IMG/VR virus record: IMGVR_UViG_3300023184_000025
Location: 281,155 to 345,154 of that record
DNA length: 64,000 nt
Direction: 5' to 3' (one strand)
Shown here: piece by piece, positions 55,684 through 64,000 of the stretch
Numbering within the stretch: position 1 is the stretch's first letter
How the letters are laid out: every line of letters starts with the position of its first letter
The notes under the pieces: generated by a model
Databases searched by the model: none
The model's input: the letters and a program-made list of their open reading frames with translations, nothing else
Told to the model about the DNA's origin: nothing
Translations under genes and position numbers: made by a program

Positions 55684-56754
55684 TTATAATCCGCCAAATA
55701 AAAATACTCGGTCAAGATTTTTTATTTGATCTAACGCTTCTTGTGCTTGTTGATATTGACTGTGCTCGGGATCAAATACGTCAATCAACTTAAATTCATT
55801 GTTGGAGAATGTGCCCCAATTTCCAATTCTTCCATACTCAATTAAATCTACGCCCAGGTGCTGGCCCATGTTGTAAAATTCTAGCATCTCTTCAAAATTA
55901 TCTTTTTGAACTATCATTCGAATTTTAAACAGCATGCCATTTTGTTTTTTCTTTTCAGAAATCCACAATAATGCATGTTGTAGGTCGTCCCAGCGTCCAC
56001 CACGACGCAATTTTTCATATGTAGCAGACCTTGCGGCATCGGTGGTAATGGTAATCGATTTTACTTTTTCTTGCATGCTGCCAAGTCGATGCCAACGGTC
56101 TGGTACCAGTAAACCATTTGATTGTATAGCCAATTGTACGTTTGGAAAATCCTCTGTTGATATTGTGTTAACAAACGACAACAACATTGGACTGGCAAAT
56201 AATTCTCCACTGGTACTCACATGTAGTACGATTGGTTGATTAGTAGGTGTACAAAACAAATTTGATTTTAGTGTTTGCCCTAGGTGTTCTAGATGTTCAT
56301 TCTGTGCATCATTGTTTTTTATAATTTCCGTTCGACAACTTGGGCAACTGAGATTACAGGTTCGATCGCCAGATACCCAAATTTCTTTGGGCATAATGTA
56401 ACGAGATGCATCAAGAAGCAAGGGTTTAATATCATTGCCTACATTTTCTTTATCATTAAGATGATTGTGCCTTAAGATTCCGCAGGTGTTCTCGTTGCAA
56501 TAATCGTAGGTACCATCAATAATGCTCTGTCGCACATTGGTACTGTCAGCATTGGACAATATTTCGTCAAGTGAATTAATTAATAAATTTCCAACACTAG
56601 ATGGCATCCAGTCTTGACAACCACAGAGAGTTACTCTACCATCAAGTCCAATGCACATGCCCACAAAAGGACTAAGACAAACAAGATTTTGTAAATTTTT
56701 TGCTGGGAATTGTACTAGTGGCTTCTGTATCCAATTTAGTTTGTATTTTGACAT
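55684..56754 (-). CDS. radical SAM protein with N-terminal SPASM-like cluster
   Basis: CLSPF..CGC..C..C, then CNLSCPSC, SGELF. Confidence 0.8.
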   Translation of the reverse strand: MSKYKLNWIQKPLVQFPAKNLQNLVCLSPFVGMCIGLDGRVTLCGCQDWMPSSVGNLLINSLDEILSNADSTNVRQSIIDGTYDYCNENTCGILRHNHLNDKENVGNDIKPLLLDASRYIMPKEIWVSGDRTCNLSCPSCRTEIIKNNDAQNEHLEHLGQTLKSNLFCTPTNQPIVLHVSTSGELFASPMLLSFVNTISTEDFPNVQLAIQSNGLLVPDRWHRLGSMQEKVKSITITTDAARSATYEKLRRGGRWDDLQHALLWISEKKKQNGMLFKIRMIVQKDNFEEMLEFYNMGQHLGVDLIEYGRIGNWGTFSNNEFKLIDVFDPEHSQYQQAQEALDQIKNLDRVFLFGGL

Positions 56755-56764
56755 ATAGTAATTA

Positions 56765-56837
56765 TGCTCACTTTGTAGTCTACGGTAGCGAATCGCTTTC
56801 TACACCCAGCAGCCGGGTCACACTACGGTAACTAGTA
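56765..56837 (-). ncRNA. candidate compact structured RNA
   Basis: GC-rich island with CGGTA/TACCG, ACCCGG/CTGGGT, AGCG/CGCT and GTAG/CTAC helices. Confidence 0.45.
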
Positions 56838-56856
56838 CCGGTCCTAAGGTGTGTTC

Positions 56857-57432
56857 TTAAAAAATTATTAATCTATCCATTGTAAATTCATTAACAGATA
56901 CCGATGGGTCAATATCATTAACAGCACTACACCATGCTTGCCAAATTTCACTATCAGCGTTGTTAAAGTATGTTTTTAAATCAGGGCAAGATTTTTTATA
57001 TGCACTAATACTTTCTTCTACAAAATCATAATTTTGTTGATACTGTAGTTTATTTTTATCTAAAATATCAAACAGAGAATTAGCAAACACCCTTGGAGAA
57101 TCAAGAAGTTGATAATCTAAATCTACGTTAGATACATCTAGTTGTAATTTACTTTTTGCCGCTGATTTAAAATAATTTTGATTTCCTAGTTGGTTGAATC
57201 CAGTCTTGACTAAAGCATTAATATAAAAGTTAAAAGTACACCGCCCGCTAAATTTTGTATATGTTATATTTTTGTTAGGCGGGTTGTGCGATGCTTGTAC
57301 GCTTGCTGATTCTATTTCACTGTGAAAATTTTTTAATCCTGATTTAATTATTAATTTGCCTGATTCTAATCTATAAATTAAATTTGATAACCATCTACCG
57401 CCTGCTCCGGGTGGATACTGTATGTGAATCAT
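56857..57432 (-). CDS. hypothetical protein, possible sulfotransferase-like fold
   Basis: IQYPPGAGGRWL N-terminus. Confidence 0.45.
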   Translation of the reverse strand: MIHIQYPPGAGGRWLSNLIYRLESGKLIIKSGLKNFHSEIESASVQASHNPPNKNITYTKFSGRCTFNFYINALVKTGFNQLGNQNYFKSAAKSKLQLDVSNVDLDYQLLDSPRVFANSLFDILDKNKLQYQQNYDFVEESISAYKKSCPDLKTYFNNADSEIWQAWCSAVNDIDPSVSVNEFTMDRLIIF

Positions 57433-57443
57433 AGATTGATAAT

Positions 57444-57524
57444 TTATACAGGACTATAGGGATTGAGAGGGCGATCCCACTCGCCCTGTTGTTCAGGATA
57501 CACTGGGTACTCGTTGTTTTGCAT
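57444..57524 (-). CDS. 26-aa micro-ORF MQNNEYPVYPEQQGEWDRPLNPYSPV
   Basis: Manual translation; fills the intergenic gap exactly. Confidence 0.5.
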   Translation of the reverse strand: MQNNEYPVYPEQQGEWDRPLNPYSPV

Positions 57525-57528
57525 TGAT

Positions 57529-59187
57529 TTACTTGCTGGATTTATAACTAGCGTAGCCTCGACCGTAGCCACTTTGTTGGCTTTCGTCTAGCCCTGGTAA
57601 TAGTCCGGCTTTTTTCATTGCGGCTTTGGTTGCTGGCCCAACATCCATGCCTGTGTCTACGATTTTTCCATCTTTTACTAAGAGAAAACGTGCTTGACTT
57701 CTAATAATAGCTGATCCGTTACTGCCACGATTTGGTGTAACACTTATATTACTTTCAGTGTCTAATACTGCTTTAACTGTGTGTCCAGCAACATCTATTG
57801 TGGTTAAAACAAAACCGTTGCCTAAATCTTGTTGTTGACTTGATTGTGCCATAGCACCGCCAGCGGCTCCAGCCAATGCGGCAGCGCCAAGTCCTCGCAA
57901 GAATCCTCTACGATTCATATCGGCTTCCGATACACCTTGAGGTTTATCGTTGGGGTTGGTGGTCAACACAAACTCTTTGCCCTTGTTGAACAGTTTGGCC
58001 TGCATTGTTAGTGCGGCGTTGTTCGCGGTAGCCTTGTCACGGAATGAGTAAGGGTTGCCTGCTTTGTCTCTAATGAGTTTTCCATTGAGCCGGATATACC
58101 AGGTACGAGTGTCAGGTGCTGGGGCCTGGCCTTCAGGATCTCTAGCACCACGCTTGAAGCCTGTGCGATTTGTATAATAGTCGTTGCGGGCTTCGTCTAA
58201 CTCTGCCTCCGCCACACCCTTCTTGGCAAAACGAGGATTGTGGAAAGCACCTTCGACGTACCATTCCATGTCATCATCATTTACTTTACAGTTCAATACT
58301 TGAACACTATAGCCTTGGTCATCTAACCAGGCCTGTGCTTGTTGTATCATTTCTTGTTTAGAAACGTCGCCACTGACGTCCAAATCGTTCCACCAACCAT
58401 CACCAACTAAGTCAGTCATTTGGTCATCCGTGTACCAACGTCCTGATTCGCCGCCGCCATTACCTGGAGCAAATTCTTTTAGGTTGCCTTGCTGGCCATA
58501 CATATCCATTAGTTGTCGAACATAGAAACTATAATGGCCACGACGGTCATTGTATTCTCTGTCTCCAAGCACAGTCTTTAATGCGGCCACAGCATCACTC
58601 ATTTCAGAACCATGCATTATTTTTAATGCGTCAGTAACCAGTGAATCAACTCGCTGTGAACTTTCTGCCATGTCTTGCTTTTTCTTTTTAGCAATAGCAA
58701 TTGCGGCTTGCTGTGCGGCATTGGCAGCTTCGTCCATGGCCTTCTTGAATCCTTTGCCAGGCTCCCATCCTGCGATAGGTTTGCACTTGCAACTATCACC
58801 AGGGCACTTGCAATTCTGCATGCCACATTGCATACAGCGTTCTTTGGACTCTTGTATGCTTTCATTTGGCACACAGTTTCTTACTGACTTGCCTGTTGTA
58901 GCACTTTTCTTTGTGCCTGCCGCATGATAGCCACTCCAGCAGTTGGTATAACCGTTGCTGTCTTTTTGGCCCTTCTTAATCTCATTGAGACTGCCATGTG
59001 TTTGACACATGCCACAGTCTTCACACACCATTTCCATCTCAACTGACTCGTTGTGTTTTTTCTTACCAGCACAATGAGCCTTTTGACTAAATCCTTTAGG
59101 GTGAGAGCAGTTGATACTGCTCTTGTATTTTTGACTCCACTGTTCCGCCACGCTCTGCGTGTTTTCAAATAAGGTATTGAGATTCAT
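57529..59187 (-). CDS. modular polyprotein-like protein, probable internal head/ejected protein
   Basis: Unrelated modules separated by SVAE, LNE, IQE, MDE, DMAE, LKE, GVAE, LDE, GVSE. Confidence 0.6.
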   Translation of the reverse strand: MNLNTLFENTQSVAEQWSQKYKSSINCSHPKGFSQKAHCAGKKKHNESVEMEMVCEDCGMCQTHGSLNEIKKGQKDSNGYTNCWSGYHAAGTKKSATTGKSVRNCVPNESIQESKERCMQCGMQNCKCPGDSCKCKPIAGWEPGKGFKKAMDEAANAAQQAAIAIAKKKKQDMAESSQRVDSLVTDALKIMHGSEMSDAVAALKTVLGDREYNDRRGHYSFYVRQLMDMYGQQGNLKEFAPGNGGGESGRWYTDDQMTDLVGDGWWNDLDVSGDVSKQEMIQQAQAWLDDQGYSVQVLNCKVNDDDMEWYVEGAFHNPRFAKKGVAEAELDEARNDYYTNRTGFKRGARDPEGQAPAPDTRTWYIRLNGKLIRDKAGNPYSFRDKATANNAALTMQAKLFNKGKEFVLTTNPNDKPQGVSEADMNRRGFLRGLGAAALAGAAGGAMAQSSQQQDLGNGFVLTTIDVAGHTVKAVLDTESNISVTPNRGSNGSAIIRSQARFLLVKDGKIVDTGMDVGPATKAAMKKAGLLPGLDESQQSGYGRGYASYKSSK

Positions 59188-59780
59188 TATGCTTCATCCA
59201 AGTAATCGGGTGTGGCCTGTATAACTTCTACTGTGTTTTCTCTACGATGAGCACAGTACATTTCACAGGCCATCTCGGCATGTTTGAGTGATTCAAACTT
59301 TGCACTATGTGGTTTGTTTTTAATTGTAATTCTGAAACCATCATCATCGTTGCCGTGGATTTTAATTTCATGTCCGTCGTCGGTGTTGATAGTTCTAACT
59401 GAAGGCCCAATATGATCAACATCCTGTGGTATTTTATCTTTGAGATCAGAGTCTGACTTAATTTCGTTTGAAAGGTCAGCCAGGTAGTCGCCTAGTTTTT
59501 TCTTAACTGTGCTGATTACATCTTCGGATGTGACCACTTCAGAGATAGTTTCTTGATCTTCGTCTTGTTCAACACTCTCTGCTCCAACAAAGTATCCCTT
59601 GGTAGGATGCTCAGGATCAGTTCTATTGGTTAATACATTGATACTTTTTGGTTTAAACAGCGCAGGAAGTTCAGGAACTCTCCTTTGTTGTTTATTAAGT
59701 CCAGATTTAACATCCACAGGGGTAATTTCTCCCTCGGCAATTTTATCCAGCTTTGCTAAAATATCTTTTAAATCGCTCAT
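59187..59780 (-). CDS. acidic hypothetical virion-type protein
   Basis: MSDLKDILAKLDKIAE N-terminus; start set at 59780. Confidence 0.6.
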   Translation of the reverse strand: MSDLKDILAKLDKIAEGEITPVDVKSGLNKQQRRVPELPALFKPKSINVLTNRTDPEHPTKGYFVGAESVEQDEDQETISEVVTSEDVISTVKKKLGDYLADLSNEIKSDSDLKDKIPQDVDHIGPSVRTINTDDGHEIKIHGNDDDGFRITIKNKPHSAKFESLKHAEMACEMYCAHRRENTVEVIQATPDYLDEA

Positions 59781-60217
59781 GCCCGCTCGCCTTTTAAGAA
59801 ACTTCTTAACATCCAACCATGCTTGGCCTGTGCGTCTAGGCGTTCAGCAATGAAGTTGGCAATGCCCTGGTTGTTTTCTTGTTCAGCACTGACAAATGTT
59901 TGATTCAATAAATCAATTAGGGCTCCGTTGTCAGAAAGCAACTCTTCAATCATCAATCGGGCACGTGGGATCTTGGTTTGTCCTTGTATGATAGACAGTT
60001 CTTGAAAACGTTCAAAACTGCCTGGACTGTATTCTTGTAAGGTGCGAATGTATTCAGCAATTCGATCAACTGCGCCGTACACCTCTTCATAGAAGTTGGC
60101 AAAGAAATCGTGGTATTGAGCAAAGTCAGGACCTTCCACATTCCAGTGAAAATTCTGTGCTTTGATACTCAAAGCATATTGTGTGGCCAGCAAAGTCTTT
60201 AAATCGTCCGATAACAT
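59777..60217 (-). CDS. dps: Dps ferritin-like DNA-protection protein
   Basis: NFHWNVEGPDF..YH..F..DRIAEYIRTL ferroxidase motifs. Confidence 0.92.
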   Translation of the reverse strand: MLSDDLKTLLATQYALSIKAQNFHWNVEGPDFAQYHDFFANFYEEVYGAVDRIAEYIRTLQEYSPGSFERFQELSIIQGQTKIPRARLMIEELLSDNGALIDLLNQTFVSAEQENNQGIANFIAERLDAQAKHGWMLRSFLKGERA

Positions 60218-60384
60218 TATTTCTTCCTAGGTTTTACAGGCATCATTTTTTGTGCGCTGTTGGCATATTTAGCTGGTTTAGTACTCTTAGTCCTAGTTAT
60301 CACTTCGCCCATTGGTTGAGCCACGGTAGCAATACCGCCTGAGCATGTGCCGCCCATACTTTCAGTTATTTCACGTAGTCGCAT
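60217..60384 (-). CDS. small basic protein (MRLREITES...)
   Basis: Shares the MR..E N-terminus with neighbouring genes. Confidence 0.55.
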   Translation of the reverse strand: MRLREITESMGGTCSGGIATVAQPMGEVITRTKSTKPAKYANSAQKMMPVKPRKK

Positions 60385-60670
60385 CGAATATAATCTCCAA
60401 GGTTTGTTGATCAACCCAGCGAGCCGATCCGTGTTCAATTCTGTGATTTTCTATCTGGAACGTGGCCAAGTTGGGCTTTAATGGCTCAAACTTAACTGTA
60501 TACATTCCTGCTGGTGCTTCTATTTGCAGTATTTCTTTTAGATACTCATTTACCCAATAGAATGTACGCTCAGCAAATAATTCATCGTTGACATAGATGC
60601 GATAAGAAGGTGGTAATCCTTGCCAGTCACAATGCAAATCAAATAAAGCTTTTACGAATTGTTTTTTCAC
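60371..60670 (-). CDS. hypothetical protein (99 aa)
   Basis: GTG start 4 nt after TAAATA. Confidence 0.6.
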   Translation of the reverse strand: MKKQFVKALFDLHCDWQGLPPSYRIYVNDELFAERTFYWVNEYLKEILQIEAPAGMYTVKFEPLKPNLATFQIENHRIEHGSARWVDQQTLEIIFDATT

Positions 60671-60697
60671 CCAGTATTTAGTTGGGCGTTAACTGAA

Positions 60698-60898
60698 CTA
60701 AACTTTGAGTTCTCTTGGCTGTCCAACAATAACATGCTTGTTATTGTATTGTTGTCTGAGTATTCTACGAGCCATTTCTGGTGTACGAGCCATTACTGTA
60801 GTATCAATGATGTTGATATAGCCCGTTTGTTGTAACTTAATCTTTACAACATAAGTTTTCATCTTGGTTTTAACAGGCTTAATTTCTTTGTAGCGCAT
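60698..60898 (-). CDS. small basic protein (MRYKEI...)
   Basis: ORF. Confidence 0.6.
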   Translation of the reverse strand: MRYKEIKPVKTKMKTYVVKIKLQQTGYINIIDTTVMARTPEMARRILRQQYNNKHVIVGQPRELKV

Positions 60899-60899
60899 A

Positions 60900-62270
60900 T
60901 TAGTGGAACATTAAAAACTGATTTTGTACATCGAGTCTTGTTGCACCCAAGTCGCCGTGGCCTGCTGGAAATACTACCACATTCCATTTAGGCTTGGGTC
61001 CTTCGGGGATACGATTCATTTGGTCGTATGTGATAATTGATCCTGGGTCAATATTGTATTTTGTAGATAACTTCTGTTTGAAGTTTTCCCATGCTTCTGG
61101 GCTTTTGACCTGTGTGCGGCCTTGTTCATCCTTGACATATTTGCCCTTGGCATCAGTCACAAACAAATCGCGGAACATGTCTTTGGGAATAGTCGGTGCG
61201 CCTTTTAGGTTCTTACCGGCATTTCTGTAGAGTTCAACTTTCTTGACTTCTCGACTCTTGGCACCACCATCACTGAAGTTGGGTAATGTATTAGACGGCG
61301 TGTTTGGATCAGTTACTGGATCTCCCATTTTGCTGTAGAAGTAAAAACGTACATCTGGGTTGTTGAGTTGCACTTTCTTACTAAGGTCCCAGTACTCTTT
61401 AGAGAAAAAGTCGCCAGCATCATGAATGCGCACCAGCAACTTGATGCCATTTTTGTCTGCCAGTGCTTTTGTTCGTTTGATTTCTGCGTCAAACATTGCC
61501 ATGTACTCATCAGGGTGATTAACCAAGAAGTTCAATGCTTGTGCGGCCGACATAGATGCGGCAGGGAACATAACGTAGCCGCCTTTTCTAGCATAACAGA
61601 ACAGTTGACATTCGCCTGCACCCGGGCATGTGGTAATTTCCACAAACTCTCCGGTGTCTTCATCCACAACAATACCACTTAGTGCTGGTAGTGTCAAGTC
61701 GTATGTGATGGCACCTTCTTTTTTACTCTTGCTCATCTTGGCATTTGATCCAAGGATTGCCCTGGGCGGTGTAGTAATTTGACGCTTTAGATCTTCCAAG
61801 TCCCATTCTTCTGTACCATCGTCTTTGGTAATGGCTTTGACATTGCTACCGTGAATAATAGGCTTAAAGCGATCTTGTTTGGTTTTTGTACCTGTTTTAA
61901 TTCGAGTTAGGTAATCCTGCATGTCTTGCTTAGACCATGACTTCTGTGGAGCATTTAACTTGATTGCTTCCGCCACACCGTTATCTGTGCCAATGTAGTG
62001 ATGATTGTGTACTTTGTAGCCTTGTTTACGATACCAATTGACAGCAGTATTAACAGCAGATTCACGATCTAATGCACGTACCTTGGCCTTGCGTTGTTTT
62101 AGTTCTTGACGTTGTGTCACAGCTGGACTGTGAGGATCACTGACAGTGACAGCAACTATGTGCTTGTCAAAGTTATGCTCAAGTTCTTCACTGACACCGG
62201 TGTTCTCAATATGCAAAGGTTTTACTTTGAATCCGCCCAGGGTAGTTTCTTGAAGTTCGTTAAATCTCAT
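60900..62270 (-). CDS. modular protein with C-terminal GP88-like (atypical radical SAM) domain
   Basis: MRFNELQE, GVSE and GVAE modules; TCPGAGECQLFCYARKG, RIHDAGDF, FYFYSK. Confidence 0.65.
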   Translation of the reverse strand: MRFNELQETTLGGFKVKPLHIENTGVSEELEHNFDKHIVAVTVSDPHSPAVTQRQELKQRKAKVRALDRESAVNTAVNWYRKQGYKVHNHHYIGTDNGVAEAIKLNAPQKSWSKQDMQDYLTRIKTGTKTKQDRFKPIIHGSNVKAITKDDGTEEWDLEDLKRQITTPPRAILGSNAKMSKSKKEGAITYDLTLPALSGIVVDEDTGEFVEITTCPGAGECQLFCYARKGGYVMFPAASMSAAQALNFLVNHPDEYMAMFDAEIKRTKALADKNGIKLLVRIHDAGDFFSKEYWDLSKKVQLNNPDVRFYFYSKMGDPVTDPNTPSNTLPNFSDGGAKSREVKKVELYRNAGKNLKGAPTIPKDMFRDLFVTDAKGKYVKDEQGRTQVKSPEAWENFKQKLSTKYNIDPGSIITYDQMNRIPEGPKPKWNVVVFPAGHGDLGATRLDVQNQFLMFH

Positions 62271-62323
62271 TTCTTTTTCCTATTTGCAAAGGCAATCTTT
62301 ATTAATTTACTTATGTTTTATTG

Positions 62324-62980
62324 TCAGATAAAGTTTGGATGATTGATAACTTGCTCTGCATATAGTTTATTGGTTTTTTCACCGGGGTGCATATTATCAT
62401 CTGCAAAATCTAACATTTGTGACATCCAGGAAGCATTGTCATCTGATAAAAATTGTGTTTTATCAAGCTGATTAAACAGCATTGGAAAACCTCGAGCTTG
62501 TTCCAAAAATCCCATGCCGTTTATTAATATCATTTTAGAATCATGTTGCTTGCAATAATTTTGCAACAAAATTAATTTCAACAGATCTTGTTCAATTTCT
62601 TTTCTGGTATTAAAAAAATTAATTCCAACTTCTATAATAGAGTTAGTTTCTAAATTGGTTTTTGTATTAGAGACCCGGCCACCGTTAAAAATACAAAAGT
62701 CAGTGGAGTTGTTCCTCCAAAACCAACGTCGTCGAGTTGATGTTGTTTGTATTATAACAACGTCATAATGTGTAGATAAAATTTCCTGTATTGCACGATA
62801 TAAGATTTCTTGGTTGCTAAGGCCGCCATAACTGATATTGGTAATAGAAACATTTGTTTTAGTGGATACTATGTTGTACCAACATCTAGGATCATCATGA
62901 TTTCCAACAATCTCTCCAAATCCGCAATAATCGCTAAACGAGCATCCTACTAACAAAATAGATTTTAAAGATGCTGACAT
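62324..62980 (-). CDS. SGNH-like protein
   Basis: LVGCSFSD, GLSNQEI, DNMHPG. Confidence 0.6.
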   Translation of the reverse strand: MSASLKSILLVGCSFSDYCGFGEIVGNHDDPRCWYNIVSTKTNVSITNISYGGLSNQEILYRAIQEILSTHYDVVIIQTTSTRRRWFWRNNSTDFCIFNGGRVSNTKTNLETNSIIEVGINFFNTRKEIEQDLLKLILLQNYCKQHDSKMILINGMGFLEQARGFPMLFNQLDKTQFLSDDNASWMSQMLDFADDNMHPGEKTNKLYAEQVINHPNFI

Positions 62981-63399
62981 TATTTTTTGCGACCAGCTTT
63001 CATGTTGGCACACCAGTGCGCCATGCGTTGTCTTTCGCCGGAACTGTTGGCAGCAATGCTACGCAACTTCGAAACTGATTGTTTGCAGTTGACACCCTTG
63101 CGTTTGGCCAGACCTTTGCGTCCGGGTTTTTTACCATCGGCAAAGTTTTCTTTCATAACCCAGGTGTCTGGAACTTCATGGTACCGGTCAACCCACATGT
63201 CATGTAACTTCTGACCACTGATGCTGTGAGTTTTTGCAATACGTGTCATAATTTTGTCAATACTATCGTACACTTGATCATCGCTGGCAGACTGCAATTT
63301 TTGTTTGCGAGCTATCAATGCTGCCTTGAGTTCCGCCACTGCTTGATGGTCTTTGCTGTGGTCCATGTTTTCTGATACAATAAATTCTTGTGCTCTCAT
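62980..63399 (-). CDS. modular virion-type protein (MRAQEFIVSE..., KENFADGKKPGRKG)
   Basis: Modules separated by E motifs. Confidence 0.55.
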   Translation of the reverse strand: MRAQEFIVSENMDHSKDHQAVAELKAALIARKQKLQSASDDQVYDSIDKIMTRIAKTHSISGQKLHDMWVDRYHEVPDTWVMKENFADGKKPGRKGLAKRKGVNCKQSVSKLRSIAANSSGERQRMAHWCANMKAGRKK

Positions 63400-64000
63400 G
63401 CTAGTCCAATCTTTCCTGGCGCCATTGGTCCAGTTGCAATTCTTTCACCACCATCAAAGTAACGTATTTCTACGGGCATGTCTGGCCAGTTTAATCTGTA
63501 GGCAGCCATGATGCGATGATTGCCTTCGTTGACCCAGGCTTCGCCATTGTAGGCCACCATGATATAGGGCAGGTATTCTTCGTTGGGGTTACTGCCCATG
63601 GGCGGCAATTTGCCAGTCTTGTCCATGTAGTCCATCAACCACTTTAGGTCATTTTTGCGCACATTCATTTGTTCGTTGCGCATACCAGGCAACGAAGCTA
63701 GTCGCATCACACGCACTCTAGGTGGAGTTCCAACCACACCAGCAGTGGTGCTACCCATGTAAGGAACACCGTAGCTGTTACGGCCTTTGCTCTTGGCATA
63801 GTCAATTTTATCTTGCAACCACTCTTCATTGGGTACGTCTACGCTTAGTTTGCCTTCCGCCACACCTTGCTTCTTCATATACTTCTTACGCAATTTTAAG
63901 TCTGCTGGCGTTGCTTTTCTGATTAAATTCAAATATTTGTTTACTGGAATTTCTTTTATCTCAATGGGTTTGATGCCTTCTACTCCAGGAATAGAATGAA
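63396..64000 (-). CDS. modular protein with C-terminal ParB-like domain (5' end outside the window)
   Basis: Frame open to the window edge; GVAE then PYIMV..NEGNHRIMAA ParB-type GxHR motif. Confidence 0.6.
   Translation of the reverse strand, partial: HSIPGVEGIKPIEIKEIPVNKYLNLIRKATPADLKLRKKYMKKQGVAEGKLSVDVPNEEWLQDKIDYAKSKGRNSYGVPYMGSTTAGVVGTPPRVRVMRLASLPGMRNEQMNVRKNDLKWLMDYMDKTGKLPPMGSNPNEEYLPYIMVAYNGEAWVNEGNHRIMAAYRLNWPDMPVEIRYFDGGERIATGPMAPGKIGLA

Overview
AT-rich segment of a large lytic dsDNA phage (T4-like/jumbo-type myovirus), most likely from freshwater and infecting a betaproteobacterium. The host call is an inference from the Bug/TctC protein, DUF4214-like protein, RpoZ, ClpP, GroEL and the tmRNA tag ANDEQFALAA. 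Almost all genes are on the minus strand and read in standard code 11. Layout: (1) 1-2.4 kb, small early genes behind near-consensus sigma70 promoters, plus a truncated AAA+ ATPase. (2) 2.4-12.4 kb, host-interaction genes (Bug/TctC, DUF4214-like protein, porin, a circularly permuted two-piece tmRNA next to an HNH endonuclease, dCMP deaminase, phosphoesterase, RpoZ followed by a structured RNA). (3) 12.4-19.6 kb, 25 tRNAs interleaved with several unexplained stem-closed RNAs and gated by two leader-peptide attenuator-like elements; 3 more tRNAs at 26.6 kb bring the total to 28, covering all 20 amino acids. (4) 19.7-31 kb, a possible holin/antiholin pair, groEL/groES, GIY-YIG, MazG-like and RNase H genes. 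(5) 31.5-50.3 kb, a 7-deazaguanine cluster (folE, queD, queE, second QueD paralogue/DpdL-like, DpdA/TGT-like) interleaved with glycosyltransferases, GalE, radical SAM, methyltransferase and aminotransferase genes and a stress cassette. (6) 50.3-55.6 kb, sliding clamp, family B DNA polymerase, ClpP, DsbA-like protein. (7) 57.5-64 kb, modular probable internal head proteins punctuated by a repeated GVAE / GGTGTGGCGGAAG motif, one hiding a Tat signal. All family assignments come from motif recognition and need HMM/Infernal confirmation.
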